Origin: Heterodontus francisci
Lineage: Eukaryota
Assembly: GCF_036365525.1 (NCBI RefSeq)
Contig: NC_090371.1
Coordinates: 103,262,211-103,326,210, forward strand
Length of the DNA: 64,000 nt
Reading direction: 5' to 3'
The position numbers and the translations under genes are program-made. How positions within the stretch are numbered: the stretch's first letter is position 1; every line of letters begins with the position of its first letter. This document shows, in pieces, positions 12,152 to 23,629 of the stretch. The notes under the pieces are model-generated. The model did no database searches. It saw only the letters and a list, made by a program, of their open reading frames with translations, and was not told where the DNA came from.

Positions 12152-15028
12152 TTCAGCAGGGGAATGGGAAACTAAAATGTAGTGCCAGTGTACAGGATGT
12201 TGAGAGTAGTGAGGTCAGGGATAAGGTTACAAGGACACAAGAGGGCACTGGCAAGCAAGAACCTGGTTTAAAGTGTGTCTACTTCAACGCCAGGAGCATC
12301 TGGAATAAGGTGGGTGAGCTTGCAGCATGGGTTGGTACCTGGGATCTCGATGTAGTGGCCATTTCGGAGACATGGGTAGAGCAGGGGCAGGAATGGATGT
12401 TGCAGGTTCCGGGATTTAGATGTTTCAGTAAGAACAGAGAAGATGGTAAAAGAGGGGGGGGTGTGGCATTGTTAATCAAGGAGAGCATTACAGCGACAGA
12501 AAGGACGTTTGAGGACTCGTCTACTGAGGTAGTATGGGCCGAGGTTAGAAACAGGAGAGGTGAGGTCACCCTGTTGGGAGTCTTTTATAGACCTCCAAAT
12601 AGTTCCAGAGATATAGAGGAAAGGATAGCGAAGATGATTCTCGACAGGGGCGAGAGTAACAGGGTAGTTGTTATGGGGGACTTTAACTTTCCAAATATCG
12701 ACTGGAAATACTATAGTTCGAGTACTTTAGATGGGTCAGTTTTTGTCCAGTGTGTGCAGGAGGGTTTTCTGACACAGTATGTAGACAGGCCAACCAGGGG
12801 CGATGCCACATTGGATTTGGTACTGGGTAATGAACCTGGCCAGGTGTTAGATTTAGATGTAGGTGAGCACTTGGGTGATAGTGATCACAATTCGGTTAGG
12901 TTTACCTTAGCGACGGGCAGGGACAGGTATATACCGCAGGGCAAAAACTATAGCTGGGGGAAAGGAAATTATGATGCGATTAGGCAAGATTTAGGATGCG
13001 TAGGATGGGGAAGGAAACTGCAGGGGATGGGAACAATCGAAATGTGGAGCTTATTCAAGGAGCAGCTACTGCGTGTCCTTGATAAGTATGTACCTGTGAG
13101 GCAGGGAGGAAGTTGTCGAGCGAGGGAGCCGTGGTTTACTAAAGAAGTTGAAGCGCTTGTCAAGAGGAAGAAGAAGGCTTATGTTAGGATGAGACGTGAA
13201 GGCTCAGTTAGGGCGCTTGAGAGGTCCAAGCTAGCCAGGAAGGATCTAAAGGGAGAGCTAAGAAGAGCAAGGAGAGGACACGAGAAGTCATTGGCGGATA
13301 GGATCAGGGAAAACCCTAAGGCTTTCTATAGGTATATCAGGAATAAAAGAATGACTAGAGTTAGATTAGGGCCAATCAAGGATAGTAGTGGGAAGTTGTG
13401 TGTGGAATCAGAGGAGGTAGGGGAAGTGCTAAATGAATATTTTGCGTCAGTATTTACAGTAGAGAAAGAAAATGTTGTCGAGGAGAATACTGAGATTCAG
13501 GCTACTAGGCTAGATGGGATTGAGGTTCACAAGGAGGAGGTGTTATCAATTTTGGAAAGTGTGAAAATAGATAAGTCCCCTGGGCCAGATGGGATTTATC
13601 CTAGGATTCTCTGGGAAGCTAGGGAGGAGATTGCAGAGCCTTTGTCCTTGATCTTTATGTCGTCATTGTCGACAGGTATAGTGCCGGAAGACTGGAGGAT
13701 AGCAAATGTTGTCCCCTTGTTCAAGAAGGGGAGTAGAGACAGCCCTGGTAATTATAGACCTGTGAGCCTTACTTCGGTTGTGGGTAAAATGTTGGAAAAG
13801 GTTATAAGAGACAGGATTTATAATCATCTTGAAAAGAATAAGTTCATTAGCGATAGTCAGCACGGTTTTGTGACGGGTAGGTCGTGCCTCACAAACCTTA
13901 TTGAGTTTTTCGAGAAGGTAACCAAACAGGTGGATGAGGGTAAAGCAGTGGATGTGGTGTATTGCATTTCAGTAAGGCGTTTGATAAGGTTCCCCATGGT
14001 AGGCTATTGCAGAAAATACAGAAGTATGGGGTTGAAGGTGATTTAGAGCTTTGGATCAGAAATTGGCTAGCTGAAAGAAGACAGAGGGTGGTGGTTGATG
14101 GCAAATGTTCATCCTGGAGTTTAGTTACTAGTGGTGTACCGCAAGGATCTGTTTTGGGGCCACTGCTGTTTGTCATTTTTATAAATTACCTGGAAGAGGG
14201 TGTAGAAGGGTGGGTTAGTAAATTTGCGGATGACACTAAGGTCGGTGGAGTTGTGGATAGTGCCGAAGGATGTTGTCGGGTACAGAGGGACATAGATAGG
14301 CTGCAGAGCTGGGCTGAGAGATGGCAAATGGAGTTTAATGCGGAAAAGTGCGAGGTGATTCACTTTGGAAGGAGTGACAGGAATGCAGAGTACTGGGCTA
14401 ATGGGAAGATTCTTGGTAGTGTAGATGAACAGAGAGATCTTGGTGTCCAGGTGCATAAATCCCTGAAGGTTGCTACCCAGGTTAATATAGCTGTTAAGAA
14501 GGCATATTATTAGCTTTTATTAGTAGGGGGATCGAGTTTCGGAGCCACGAGGTCATGCTGCAGCTGTACAAAACTCTGGTGAGACCGCACCTGGAGTATT
14601 GCGTGCAGTTCTGGTCACCACATTATAGGAAGGATGTGGAAGCTATGGAAAGGGTGCAGAGGAGATTTACTAGGATGTTGCCTGGTATGGAGGGAAGGTC
14701 TTACGAGGAAAGGCTGAGGGACTTGAGGTTGTTTTCGTTGGAGAGAAGGAGGAGGAGAGGTGACTTAATAGAGACATATAAGATAATCAGAGGGTTAGAT
14801 AGGGTGGATAGTGAGAGTCTTTTTCCTCGGATGGTGATGGCAAACACGAGGGGACATAGCTTTAAGTTGAGGGGTGATAGATATAGGACAGATGTCAGAG
14901 GTAGTTTCTTTACTCAGAGAGTAGTAAGGGCGTGGAACGCCCTGCCTGCAACAGTAGTAGACTCGCCAACTTTAAGGGCATTTAAGTGGTCATTGGATAG
15001 ACATATGGATGAAAATGGAATAGTGTCG
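12142..15028 (+). pseudogene. CR1 ORF2 (APE endonuclease and reverse transcriptase), frameshifted
   Basis: YFNARS, ISETW, GDFNFP, SDHN, NYRPVSLTS, GVPQGSVLGP, FADD, HLEYCVQFW; lesions near 13960 and 14505. Confidence 0.93.
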
Positions 15029-15190
15029 GTCAAGATGGTTTCACAGGTCGGCGCAACATTGAGGGCCGAAGGGCCTGTACTGCGCTGTAATGTTCTAATT
15101 CTAATTCTAATTCTAACAGGTGTCTCCTTTTTATTGTGTGAATGACACATGTCAGCTCCCATTACATCATTGGCCTGACAGAAATGCCAA

Positions 15191-15505
15191 TTTATTTTTA
15201 TTTATTTTTTATTTAGAGATACAGCACTGAAACAGGCCCTTCAGCCCACTGAGTCTGTGCCGACCAACAACCACCCATTTATACTAACCCTGCAGTAATC
15301 CTATAATCCCTACCTACACTAGGGGCAATTTACAATGGCCAATTTACCTATCAACCTGCAAGTCTTTGGCTGTGGGAGGAAACCAGAGCACCCAGCGCAA
15401 AACCACACAGTCACAAGGAGAACTTGCAAACTCCGCACAGGCAGTACCCAGAATTGAACCCGGGTCCCTGGAGCTGTGATGCTAACCACTGCGCCACTGT
15501 GCTGC
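15191..15505 (-). mobile_element. HE1-like V-domain tRNA SINE
   Basis: Head GCAGCACAGTGGCGCAGTGGTTAGC...GGGTTCAATTC, core TGCGGAGTTTGCAAGTTCTCC...GGTTTCCTCCCACAG, CR1-like 3' tail; homologous to 38542-38894. Confidence 0.85.
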
Positions 15506-15698
15506 TCAATGTATGGAACAACATCATTGCCATGCCAGTATGCATGATGAATGCACTGCACGGATGCAGGCTCTTGGGCAATGGCTCAGTCATCTGCTGC
15601 CAGTAATGGTGAAGAGACAGATATCACAGATGCAGAAGACTGCCTACCTGATGTGTGACATGGGGAGCGTATTCTGTACCTCAGGGATTGTGGAAGCA

Positions 15699-16849
15699 CT
15701 AAGCAATAAGGCGTTGCCGAGCATCCCTTGCTCTCTGCTCACCCTGTCTGCACTGCATCAATGCTCTTCGTCCTCCCATGCGCGTATGCTGCTGTAAATA
15801 TTCTGTGTCCTCATCATCCGAGGATGTCCCCTGCTCCCGTCTCTCATCATCCTGCAAGGCCTCCCCCCTCTGTAATGCAAAGCTATGCAGAGCACAGCAC
15901 ACAGCAACGATGCACGTAACCCTTTCTGGTTCGTACTGTAACACGCCACCTGATCTATTCAGGCAGCGGAAACGCATCTTCAGCATGCCGATGGCCTGCT
16001 CAATGGTAGCTCGTGTCGAGCTGTGTCAGGTGTTGTATCTCTCCTGTGCATCACTAATGTGGTTTCTCACTGGTGTCAGGAGCCATGTCTGAAAGGGGTA
16101 GCCCTTGTTCCCAAGAATCCACCCCTGGATCTGAGCCAGTGCAGTGACGAGCATTGGCACCTGAGAATGGCGCAGGATGAATGAGTCATGGCAGCTGCCT
16201 GGAAAGCGGGCCACACACTTGCATGAAGCACTTCCTATGGTCACATAATAGCTGCACGTTGAGGGAGTAGAAGCCCTTTCTTTTGAAGTATGCGCTGGTG
16301 TCCGTCTAGAGCCTTGATGACCCCTTGCACCTGTGGGAATCCCGCGATGGCCTCAAATCCGAGGGCTCTCTGGCGACCTCAGCGTCCGTCCTGAAGCACA
16401 CACAGTCACCGGCCCTCCTGTCCAAGGCATTGGTGACCTCCCTGATATAGTGCTGTACTGCTGACTGTGAAACACCACACAGGTCGCCGGTGGGTTCCTG
16501 GAATGATGCGGAGGCATAGAAGAGCTGCGCTGACTTTGAGAGCCACAAGTATAGGGTGTCCAGCAAAGCCCATTGGCTGCAGGTCATCATTCAGCAGTGC
16601 ACAGAGATATGTCACTGCCTCTTTGGACATCCGCAGTCACCTCTGACACTGGTGCTCCAACACCTGCAGGTATGTCATGCAGGGCCTGTAGACCTGCTGT
16701 CTTCTCAGGCCTCGAATGCACCTTGGTGGCTGCTGCTGCTCGCATCTGGGAGCTTCCATGTGGGTCGCGCCTGCCTCTTGGTTCCGCCTCCAGCGGATAT
16801 AGCTCCTCACAACACTTGGATCAAGAAAGACAGGGTGGACCAGCCCCAC
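15699..16849 (-). pseudogene. Harbinger DDE transposase (HARBI1-like), decayed
   Basis: VYRPCMTYLQV, VALKVSAA, FYAS.SFQ..TGDLCGVSQSAV, ARFPGSCHDSFILR, WILGNKGYP, LKMRFRCLNRSGG.LQY.PERV..IVAVCCALH. Confidence 0.9.
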
Positions 16850-16981
16850 CTGTATGCTGCAGGTGAACTCGGTTCCTTCAGTAGGTCAATGGCACCTATC
16901 AGGGCAGAGAGTGATGTGAATTGGTGCTTCAGCTGCGTTCTGGCATCACCTATATGGTAATGGATGACATTGCCAGTCTTA

Positions 16982-17244
16982 TTTCACCACACCATTAACA
17001 CACTCTTTGTCGTTGCCTTTGCCCCATGAACTCCTTGTCAGTTATTCTCTGTGACCCTCTGTCCTATCAACACCTTTCCATTTGTTCTCTTTCGTCTCAC
17101 CCCCACTTTATTTGTTTAAAACTTATTACATTTCTTAACCTTTGCCAGTTCTGATGAAAGATCACTGACCTGAAATGTTGACTTTGCTTCTCTCTCCAAA
17201 GATGCTGCCAGACCTGCTGAGTATTTGCAGCACTTTTTGGTTTT
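16982..17244 (+). mobile_element. Penelope-like pLTR fragment
   Basis: Homologous to 3130-3377; 13-bp TSD ATTGCCAGTCTTA at 16969-16981 and 17245-17257. Confidence 0.85.
17147..17183 (+). ncRNA. Minimal type I hammerhead ribozyme motif with canonical core
   Basis: AGTT-CTGATGA-AAGATCACTGACCT-GAAA-TG-TT-GACT. Confidence 0.65.
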
Positions 17245-18008
17245 ATTGCCAGTCTTAACTTTGAATTAGAGCAGGGCAGCATGAGCACAGTCATATTATT
17301 GACCTCGCCTGGATGGGACCACCGGAAACATGACCTTAAACCTGCTACCATTTTTGGCCCCCACCCCACACAAAGAGATCATGGAGTGCCATTGTTCCCC
17401 TCTCCCCCAAACAGCATTGGTCGATTGCAGGGTCAGCCCCCTTCCCCTCCCCCCCACAAAGTTAGTGGGTGTAGGGTGGCCCCCGTTATGGAAGAAGGGC
17501 ACAGGGTACTTTCCTTCATGAATGCAGAGTTAAAACCCCACACATTGCAGTCCCCCACTCACCTCCCTTCTTAAATGCAGAGTTGTAAGCCCACACATTG
17601 CAGTCCTGCACCCACCTTCACAGGCGCCAAGGACTGATGCCTCAGTGCCACTGGCTTTTCACGGACGTGAAAGTGAAGGCACATGAGTGCTGTGTGTCCG
17701 AATTAAGATCCTAACCTGTTGCCTGAACCACAGTGGCCTGCATATTGATGAATGATAAGTGCCTATCTACATATTCTAATCCGGGTCCCGTTGTCCTGTG
17801 GCGGGGTTGCCGCCATGGTGCCTTGCCGCAGCAGGGAATATTGGGCTGGGCCCTGCCGGCATTGGGGTTCTTGGCAGGCTTCATCCGGAACCATCTTCAG
17901 GACTCCCCCCCGCCACAGTTCCCGACGTCGCGGGTTCCTTAAAATCCAGCCCAAGGTCACTTGTGCAGCTCACAACCATGTTGGAAAGGGTAAAAGAGAA
18001 GACACTAT

Positions 18009-18789
18009 GGGCTGGATTTTAAGAGCGTACCGCCGATCTCGGCATGCCAAAGAGCTGCCATGATCTTAAATATGGCGGCTCATTTAAATAGCCGGGGTGG
18101 CCTGCCCCCCAATCTCTTGGAGGGGGCGGTCTGTCCATTCCCGGCAATGGCATCAGCTGCCTGTGCGCAGGCACTGGTGCGATTTTTAAAGGACAGTCTG
18201 TCATGCCACCTAATTTTAATTTTTAAAGTCCTACCCCCAAAATTAAATAAATAAATTTTTAATGCCCCTTTTCCACACCCCCTTAACAATTACAATATCT
18301 ATTTGCCCTTCCCCCACAAAACACTTACCTTTTACATCTGACCTTCCCCTCCCAAAACTGAACAAAGTTTAAGGTACAACCCTTCCCACATCCCCTACAC
18401 CCATTATGTACATTTGACCCAGTTCCCCCCAACACCTCCCGCACTGAGAAACTTACCTCCTTCCCCGTCCCCACCAGTATGGCGCTTAATTTCCCTGGAC
18501 GGGAATCTTCGGCACCGGAGTGCCGGTCACCACACCAAAGATCACGGTGGGCCCTCAAGATCGCAGGTAAGTATATTTAAATTTATTAATTTTATTCAAT
18601 TGAATATTTAAATTGTGATCCAGTCGCCCAGCGAAAGGGTCGTCGCCTCATAGCCTCACACCCTACCAGGAGAATCGGGCTGTACCCTCCCAACGCTGAG
18701 GTCCGTGTGGGCCTCATCCGGAGCCATCTTCAGTCCTCCTCTCCCCCCGACACAGAACCCGATGCCCAGGTGAGAACAAAATCCAGCCC
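18009..18789. mobile_element. Non-autonomous Harbinger element (MITE), 781 bp
   Basis: TIRs GGGCTGGATTTT and AAAATCCAGCCC, TSD TAT; no coding capacity; homologous to 25474-26211. Confidence 0.88.
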
Positions 18790-19087
18790 TATAAATCAGG
18801 AGGTAGTGATCAGGTGATGGCAAGGCTTAGCTTTTAACAGCCTGAACATTGACATAGGAAGGAAAAACTAAACTGTAGCATCGTACAGGGTGGGAGGGCA
18901 TGGCAAACAGGAAATTGCCTGGACCCTCCCCAGCGTGAGACCTGGAAGAGACTTGCTCCATTGTGATGGCACATCTGTGACGTAGGAATTTCTCAAAGGC
19001 ATAAAAGAAAGAGGAAATTAGGGAGTTAAGTGACATTGAGCTATTAATTGGGCCATTCCATATTTTCCTGCTACTTTTGGGCGTATT

Positions 19088-19270
19088 GTCACTGTCACTG
19101 GGTCAAAAAACTGGAACTCCCGTCCTAACAGCACTGTGGGTGTACCTACACCACATGAACTACAGCAGATCAAAAGGTGGCTTAGCCCAACCTTCTCAAG
19201 GGCAATTCGGGATGGGCAACAAATGCTGACCTTGCCAGCAGTGCTCAAATCCCATGAATGAATAAAAAAA
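19088..19270 (+). mobile_element. 3' end of an abundant CR1/L2-group LINE (family X here)
   Basis: TVTGSKNWNS-like ORF end and AAGGGCAATT.GGGATGGGCAACAAATGCTG...CCCATGAATGAATAAAAAAA tail; also at 30185, 56830 and 57440. Confidence 0.75.
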
Positions 19271-19289
19271 ACTCCACCATTACCCTCAA

Positions 19290-19560
19290 TGAAGACAGAA
19301 GTTAGTTATCAAAGTTTCATTTCTCCCCAACTGAAATCACTGGCTGTTAATTGTATCTTAATTGCGTGTTTAATTGTATGCAGTTACTGATAATTAACTG
19401 GGGATTCAAGCACCTATAAATAGACACAGACTAAAACTGTGGTTATGGGATTAGCAGGTGTATGCCTATAATGTGTAACTCTGTAAATAAATATTTGTAA
19501 ATATGCAAAATGATTGGCTCCAGTTCTACCCTTCATCAACTGGCTTTTTGGAATAAAATA
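19290..19560 (+). mobile_element. 5' LTR of a Ty1/copia (GalEa-like) retrotransposon; left boundary approximate
   Basis: Begins TGAAG, contains CTATAAAT and AATAAA, and abuts a tRNA-iMet PBS. Confidence 0.6.
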
Positions 19561-19578
19561 TGGTAGCAGATGATGGTT
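19561..19578 (+). promoter_or_regulatory. Primer binding site complementary to the initiator tRNA-Met 3' end
   Basis: TGGTAGCAGATGATGGTT versus expected TGGTAGCAGAGGATGGTT (17/18). Confidence 0.85.
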
Positions 19579-19648
19579 GCCAAAAGGTGAAGGTTGGAAG
19601 CTAAGAAAAAAAGATTCAGACAAAAAATTCTAGTAGCCATTATGAAAA

Positions 19649-20250
19649 ATGGCAGAAAGCAAATGCAAATTATTGGGGTATGATTATCCTCCGATGTTCT
19701 CAGAGCATGAACCATATGACCAGTGGAAGAATGAAGTGGATATGTGGACAAGGGTGATATATCCACCAATGAGGAAACAAGGTATCACCTTGGCATTGTC
19801 GCTTCATACCAGAAGTAAAATCAGATGGAAAGTATTCTGTGAGCTGGATGCCCGTCAGTTGGATAGTGATGAAGGTTTGGAACTTTTATTAGAGTTCTTG
19901 GATGAAGTTTACAAAAAATGATATGTTCAATGCCTATGAGGCATGGTCAGACTTTGATAGATTTCAGAAAACAGATGGTCATTTCATGGAGGAATATATC
20001 ATGGACTGTAGATTGCCTAAGATTGATGAATTCAAGCTGGGGATCCCGGGCTCAATACCAACGTTTAAATTGCTAGATTGTGCTGAGGTGTCTCATATGG
20101 ACAGGCTCTTGCTTCTAACTAGTTTAGTTCTCGGAGAGGGAGACCTTGTTGGATCAGATATCTGCTGCCTTGAAAAACTTCCTGAGGAAACAGTCATTTC
20201 CTTCAGCCTTTGTAGAACAAATGGGATATTCCACAGAAACACAAATGGCC
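19649..20250 (+). pseudogene. gag: Copia (GalEa-like) gag N-terminus, frameshifted and truncated
   Basis: PPMFSEHEPYDQWKNEVDMW...KQGITLALSL...LDSDEGLELLLEFLDEVYKK/NDMFNAYEAWSDFDRFQK...MEEYI, starting 70 bp after the PBS. Confidence 0.7.
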
Positions 20251-21166
20251 GAATTGTAAGCAGACCTAGGGGATTGGAACAGAGGCATGGGGGGACATAA
20301 AATCGGATGGGACACGTCAGATAGGAAGTCTGATGTCGTGATGTCCCCTTCTGATTTTACTGATGGTTGCAAAGATGAAGGGTGGAGTTTGGATGGCGAC
20401 GCAGCGGGCAGGTAATTACATAGTTAAGAGGCCGATTGAAAGTGATTTTATAGTCGGGATATCATTTTATTAATGGTGCATGGGTTTCACGGGCTTTCAG
20501 AGGCCCACCTTCAAGGTGGCAACATAGAGGCAGGACAGCATGGCTGGCTGGGAGACTATCGGGAGGGCAACCATTGACTGCCAGGCAGGGTGGCAAAAGG
20601 AGGGCATCACGCATTGTATGAGGAGTAAGGGTAAAGGTACCTGAGCTGCAGGGGGGCAACAGGCAAGTGGAACTTTGGAAAAGGTCACAAGTGGGGGCAA
20701 GGTGGAGTGGGGGGTGGGGTGGTGGGTGGTGGGTGGTGGCTGCCGGTAGTGAAGGACTAGCTTTTAGAGAGAAGCCACATATCATGGGCCTCATTCATCC
20801 AGGCTTCGGGGACCCTATTGAAGAGGAGGCATAGCAGAGTGGGAGGGAGGGCCAGGAACCTCCAGTGGCACCGCAACAACATGTGAATGCACAGGAGGGT
20901 CTGCAGCGGCCTCCAGATGGTGCAGAAGGGCACAGAGGAGAAAGAAAGGTGATTGTCCACACAAAAGGAGGTACCCTCCAGAGACGGCCTACAGGTCAAG
21001 GCACGACTACCTGCAGTCGTCCAAGAGGCAGTGCCAATGAAGAATTGGAAAGCTAATAGAATGTTATCATTTATCCAAGGGGAATTGAAAACAAAAGTAG
21101 GGAGGTTATGCTTCCGCTATACAGGGCATTGGTGACACCGCATCTGGAGTACTGTGTACAGTACTT

Positions 21167-23629
21167 ATAGAACATAGAACATAGAACATAGAACATACAG
21201 CACAGAACAGGCCCTTCGGCCCACAATGTTGTGCCGATCCTTTGTCCTCTGTCAAGGACAATTTAATCTATACCCCATCATTCTCCTTTATCCATATACC
21301 TATCCAAAAGCCTTTTGAAAGTCCCTAAAGTTTCTGACTCAACAACTTCCCCGGGCAAGGCATTCCATGCCTCGACCACTCTCTGGGTAAAGAACCTTCC
21401 CCTGACATCCCCCTTATATCTCCCACCCTTCACCTTAAATTTATGACCCCTTGTAACGCTTTGCTCCACCCGGGGAAAAAGTTTCTGACTGTCTACCCTA
21501 TCTATTCCCCTGATCATCTTATAAACCTCTATCATGTCACCCCTCATCCTTCTCCTTTCTAATGAGAAGAGGCCTAGAATGTTCAGCCTTTCCTCGTAAG
21601 ACTTATTCTCCATTCCAGGCAACATCCTGGTAAATCTCCTCTGCACCCTCTCCAAGGCTTCCACATCCTTCCTAAAATGAGGCGACCAGAACTGCACACA
21701 GTACTCCAAATGAGGCCTTACCAAGGTCCTGTACAGCTGCATCATCACCTCACGGCTCTTAAATTCAATCCCTCTGCTAATGAACGCTAACACCCCATAT
21801 GCCTTCTTCACAGCCCTATCCACTTGAGTTGCAACTTTCAATGATCTATGCACATAGACCCCAAGGTCTCTCTGCTCCTCCACATGCCCAAGAACCCTAC
21901 CGTTAACCCAGTATTTTGCATTCATGTTTGTCCTTCCAAAATGGACGACCTCACACTTTTCAGGGTTAAACTCCATCTGCCACTTTTCAGCCCAGCACTG
22001 CAACCTATCCAAGTCCCTTTGCAGACGACAATAGCCCTCCTCGGTATCCACAACTCCACCAACCTTTGTATCATCTGCAAATTTACTGACCCACCCTTCG
22101 ACTTCCTCATCCAAGTCGTTAATAAAAATCACAAACAGGAGAGGACCCAGAACTGATCCCTGCGGCACGCCACTGGTAACTGGGCTCCAGGCTGAGTATT
22201 TACCATCTAAGACCACTCTCTGCCTTCTATCAGTTAGCCAATTCTTAATCCAACTGGCCACATTCCCCACTATCCCATGCCTCCTGACTTTCTCCATAAG
22301 TCTACCATGGGGGACCTTATCAAATGCCTTACTAAAATCCATGTACACCACATCCACTGGTTTACCCTCATCCACTTGCTTGGTCACCTGCTCAAAGAAT
22401 TCAATCAGGCTTGTGAGGCAAGACCTACCCCTCACAAAACCGTGCTGACTGTCCCGAATCAAGCAGTGTCTTTCCAGATGCTCATAAATCCTATCCCTCA
22501 GCACCCTTTCCATCAACTTGCCTACCACCGAAGTAAGACTAACTGGCCTGTAATTCCCAGGGTTGTTCCTATTCCCTTTCTTGAACAGGGGCACAACATT
22601 TGCCACCCTCCAATCACCTGGTACCACACCCGTCAGCAGAGAAGATGAAAAGATCATTGCCAGCGGCTCTGCAATTTCATCCCTTGCTTCCCATAACATC
22701 CTTGGATATACCCCGTCAGGCCCGGGAGACTTGTCTATCTTCAAGTTATTCAAAAACCCCAACACATCTTCCCTCCTAACGAGCACTTCCTCGAGCTTAC
22801 CAGTCTGTTTCACACCGTCCTCTTCAGTAATACACCCCTTCTCATTCGTAAATACCGAAGAGAAGTACTCATTCAAAACCTCACTTATCTCTTCCGGCTC
22901 AACACACAGTCTCCCGCTATTGTCCTTGACCGGACCTATGGTCCCCCTAGTCATCCTCATATTTCTGACATACGCGTAAAAGGCCTTGGGGTTTTCTTTT
23001 ATCCTACCCGCCAAGCATTTTTCATGCCCTCTCTTAGCTCTCCTAATCCCTTTCTTCAGATCCTTCCTGGCCATCTTGTATCCCTCCAGAGCTATGCCTG
23101 TGCCCTTTTTCCTCAACTTTATATACGCATCCTTCTTCTTCCTAACAAGACTCTCAACCTCTCTTGTCAACCACGGTTCCCTCACATGACCATCCCTTCC
23201 CTGTCTGACAGGGACATGCTTATCAATGGCCCCTACTATCTGCTCCTTGAAAAAGTTCCACATTTCGACCGTGCCCTTCCCTGCCAGCATATGCTCCCAA
23301 CTTATGCTCCTCAGTTCCTGCCTGACAGCATCATATCTACCCTTCCCCCAATTGTAAACCTTGCCCTGTTGCACATACCTATCCCTCTCCATTACCACAG
23401 TGAATGCTACAGAATTGTGATCACTATCTCCAAAGTGCTCGCCCACCAACAGCTCTATCACTTGCCCTGGTTCATTACCTAGTACCAAATCCAATATTGC
23501 CTCCCCTCTGGTCGGGCAGTCTACATACTGAGTCAGAAAAGCTTCCTGGACATACTGCACAAACACTACCCCATCCAAACTATTCGATCTAAAGAGTTGC
23601 CAATCAATATTTGGGAAGTTGAAATCCCC
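21167..23629 (-). mobile_element. Very young 5'-truncated CR1 LINE
   Basis: (TTCTATG)n tail; TSD CAGTACTT at 21159-21166 and 23630-23637. Confidence 0.95.
21278..23629 (-). CDS. CR1 ORF2, uninterrupted from GDFNFP (mid-APE) through RT to the stop; 5'-truncated
   Basis: About 780 codons without a stop; SDHN, NYRPVSLTS, QGSVLGP, FADD, HLEYCVQFW. Confidence 0.9.
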   Translation of the reverse strand, partial: GDFNFPNIDWQLFRSNSLDGVVFVQYVQEAFLTQYVDCPTRGEAILDLVLGNEPGQVIELLVGEHFGDSDHNSVAFTVVMERDRYVQQGKVYNWGKGRYDAVRQELRSISWEHMLAGKGTVEMWNFFKEQIVGAIDKHVPVRQGRDGHVREPWLTREVESLVRKKKDAYIKLRKKGTGIALEGYKMARKDLKKGIRRAKRGHEKCLAGRIKENPKAFYAYVRNMRMTRGTIGPVKDNSGRLCVEPEEISEVLNEYFSSVFTNEKGCITEEDGVKQTGKLEEVLVRREDVLGFLNNLKIDKSPGPDGVYPRMLWEARDEIAEPLAMIFSSSLLTGVVPGDWRVANVVPLFKKGNRNNPGNYRPVSLTSVVGKLMERVLRDRIYEHLERHCLIRDSQHGFVRGRSCLTSLIEFFEQVTKQVDEGKPVDVVYMDFSKAFDKVPHGRLMEKVRRHGIVGNVASWIKNWLTDRRQRVVLDGKYSAWSPVTSGVPQGSVLGPLLFVIFINDLDEEVEGWVSKFADDTKVGGVVDTEEGYCRLQRDLDRLQCWAEKWQMEFNPEKCEVVHFGRTNMNAKYWVNGRVLGHVEEQRDLGVYVHRSLKVATQVDRAVKKAYGVLAFISRGIEFKSREVMMQLYRTLVRPHLEYCVQFWSPHFRKDVEALERVQRRFTRMLPGMENKSYEERLNILGLFSLERRRMRGDMIEVYKMIRGIDRVDSQKLFPRVEQSVTRGHKFKVKGGRYKGDVRGRFFTQRVVEAWNALPGEVVESETLGTFKRLLDRYMDKGE

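Larger units (their letters stand above)
11972..15110 (+). mobile_element. Young CR1 LINE copy A, 5'-truncated in late ORF1
   Basis: End of ORF1, APE-RT ORF2, (TTCTAA)n tail, TSD TTCTAACA at 11964-11971 and 15111-15118; near-identical to copy B. Confidence 0.95.
9889..17952. mobile_element. Complete (decayed) autonomous-type PIF/Harbinger DNA transposon with nested CR1, SINE and Penelope inserts
   Basis: TIRs GGGCTGAATTTTA (9889) and TAAAATCCAGCCC (ends 17952); 3-bp TSD AAG on both sides; convergent Myb/SANT gene (+) and DDE transposase (-). Confidence 0.9.

Noticed and set aside
15029-15145. Hydrophobic C-terminal tail (LILILIL) on ORF2 of copy A
   Set aside because: The stop mutated (TAG to TCG relative to copy B), giving read-through into the 3' UTR and (TTCTAA)n tail
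15440-15505. tRNA-like sequences here and at 1-99, 5850, 38830, 57880 and 63920
   Set aside because: These are SINE heads with A/B boxes continuing into SINE bodies; no complete cloverleaf
15699-16849. Possible host HARBI1 or NAIF1 genes
   Set aside because: Multiple stops and frameshifts, and enclosed by TIRs and a TSD: transposon copies rather than domesticated genes
20690-20745. G-rich tract with G-quadruplex potential
   Set aside because: Low-complexity part of a Harbinger subterminal region with no independent sign of function
21167-21197. Short tandem repeats (CATAGAA)n and similar arrays at 15093, 24160 and 47060
   Set aside because: These are CR1 3' microsatellite tails, not CRISPR or telomeric arrays; there are no spacers or cas genes, and the DNA is eukaryotic
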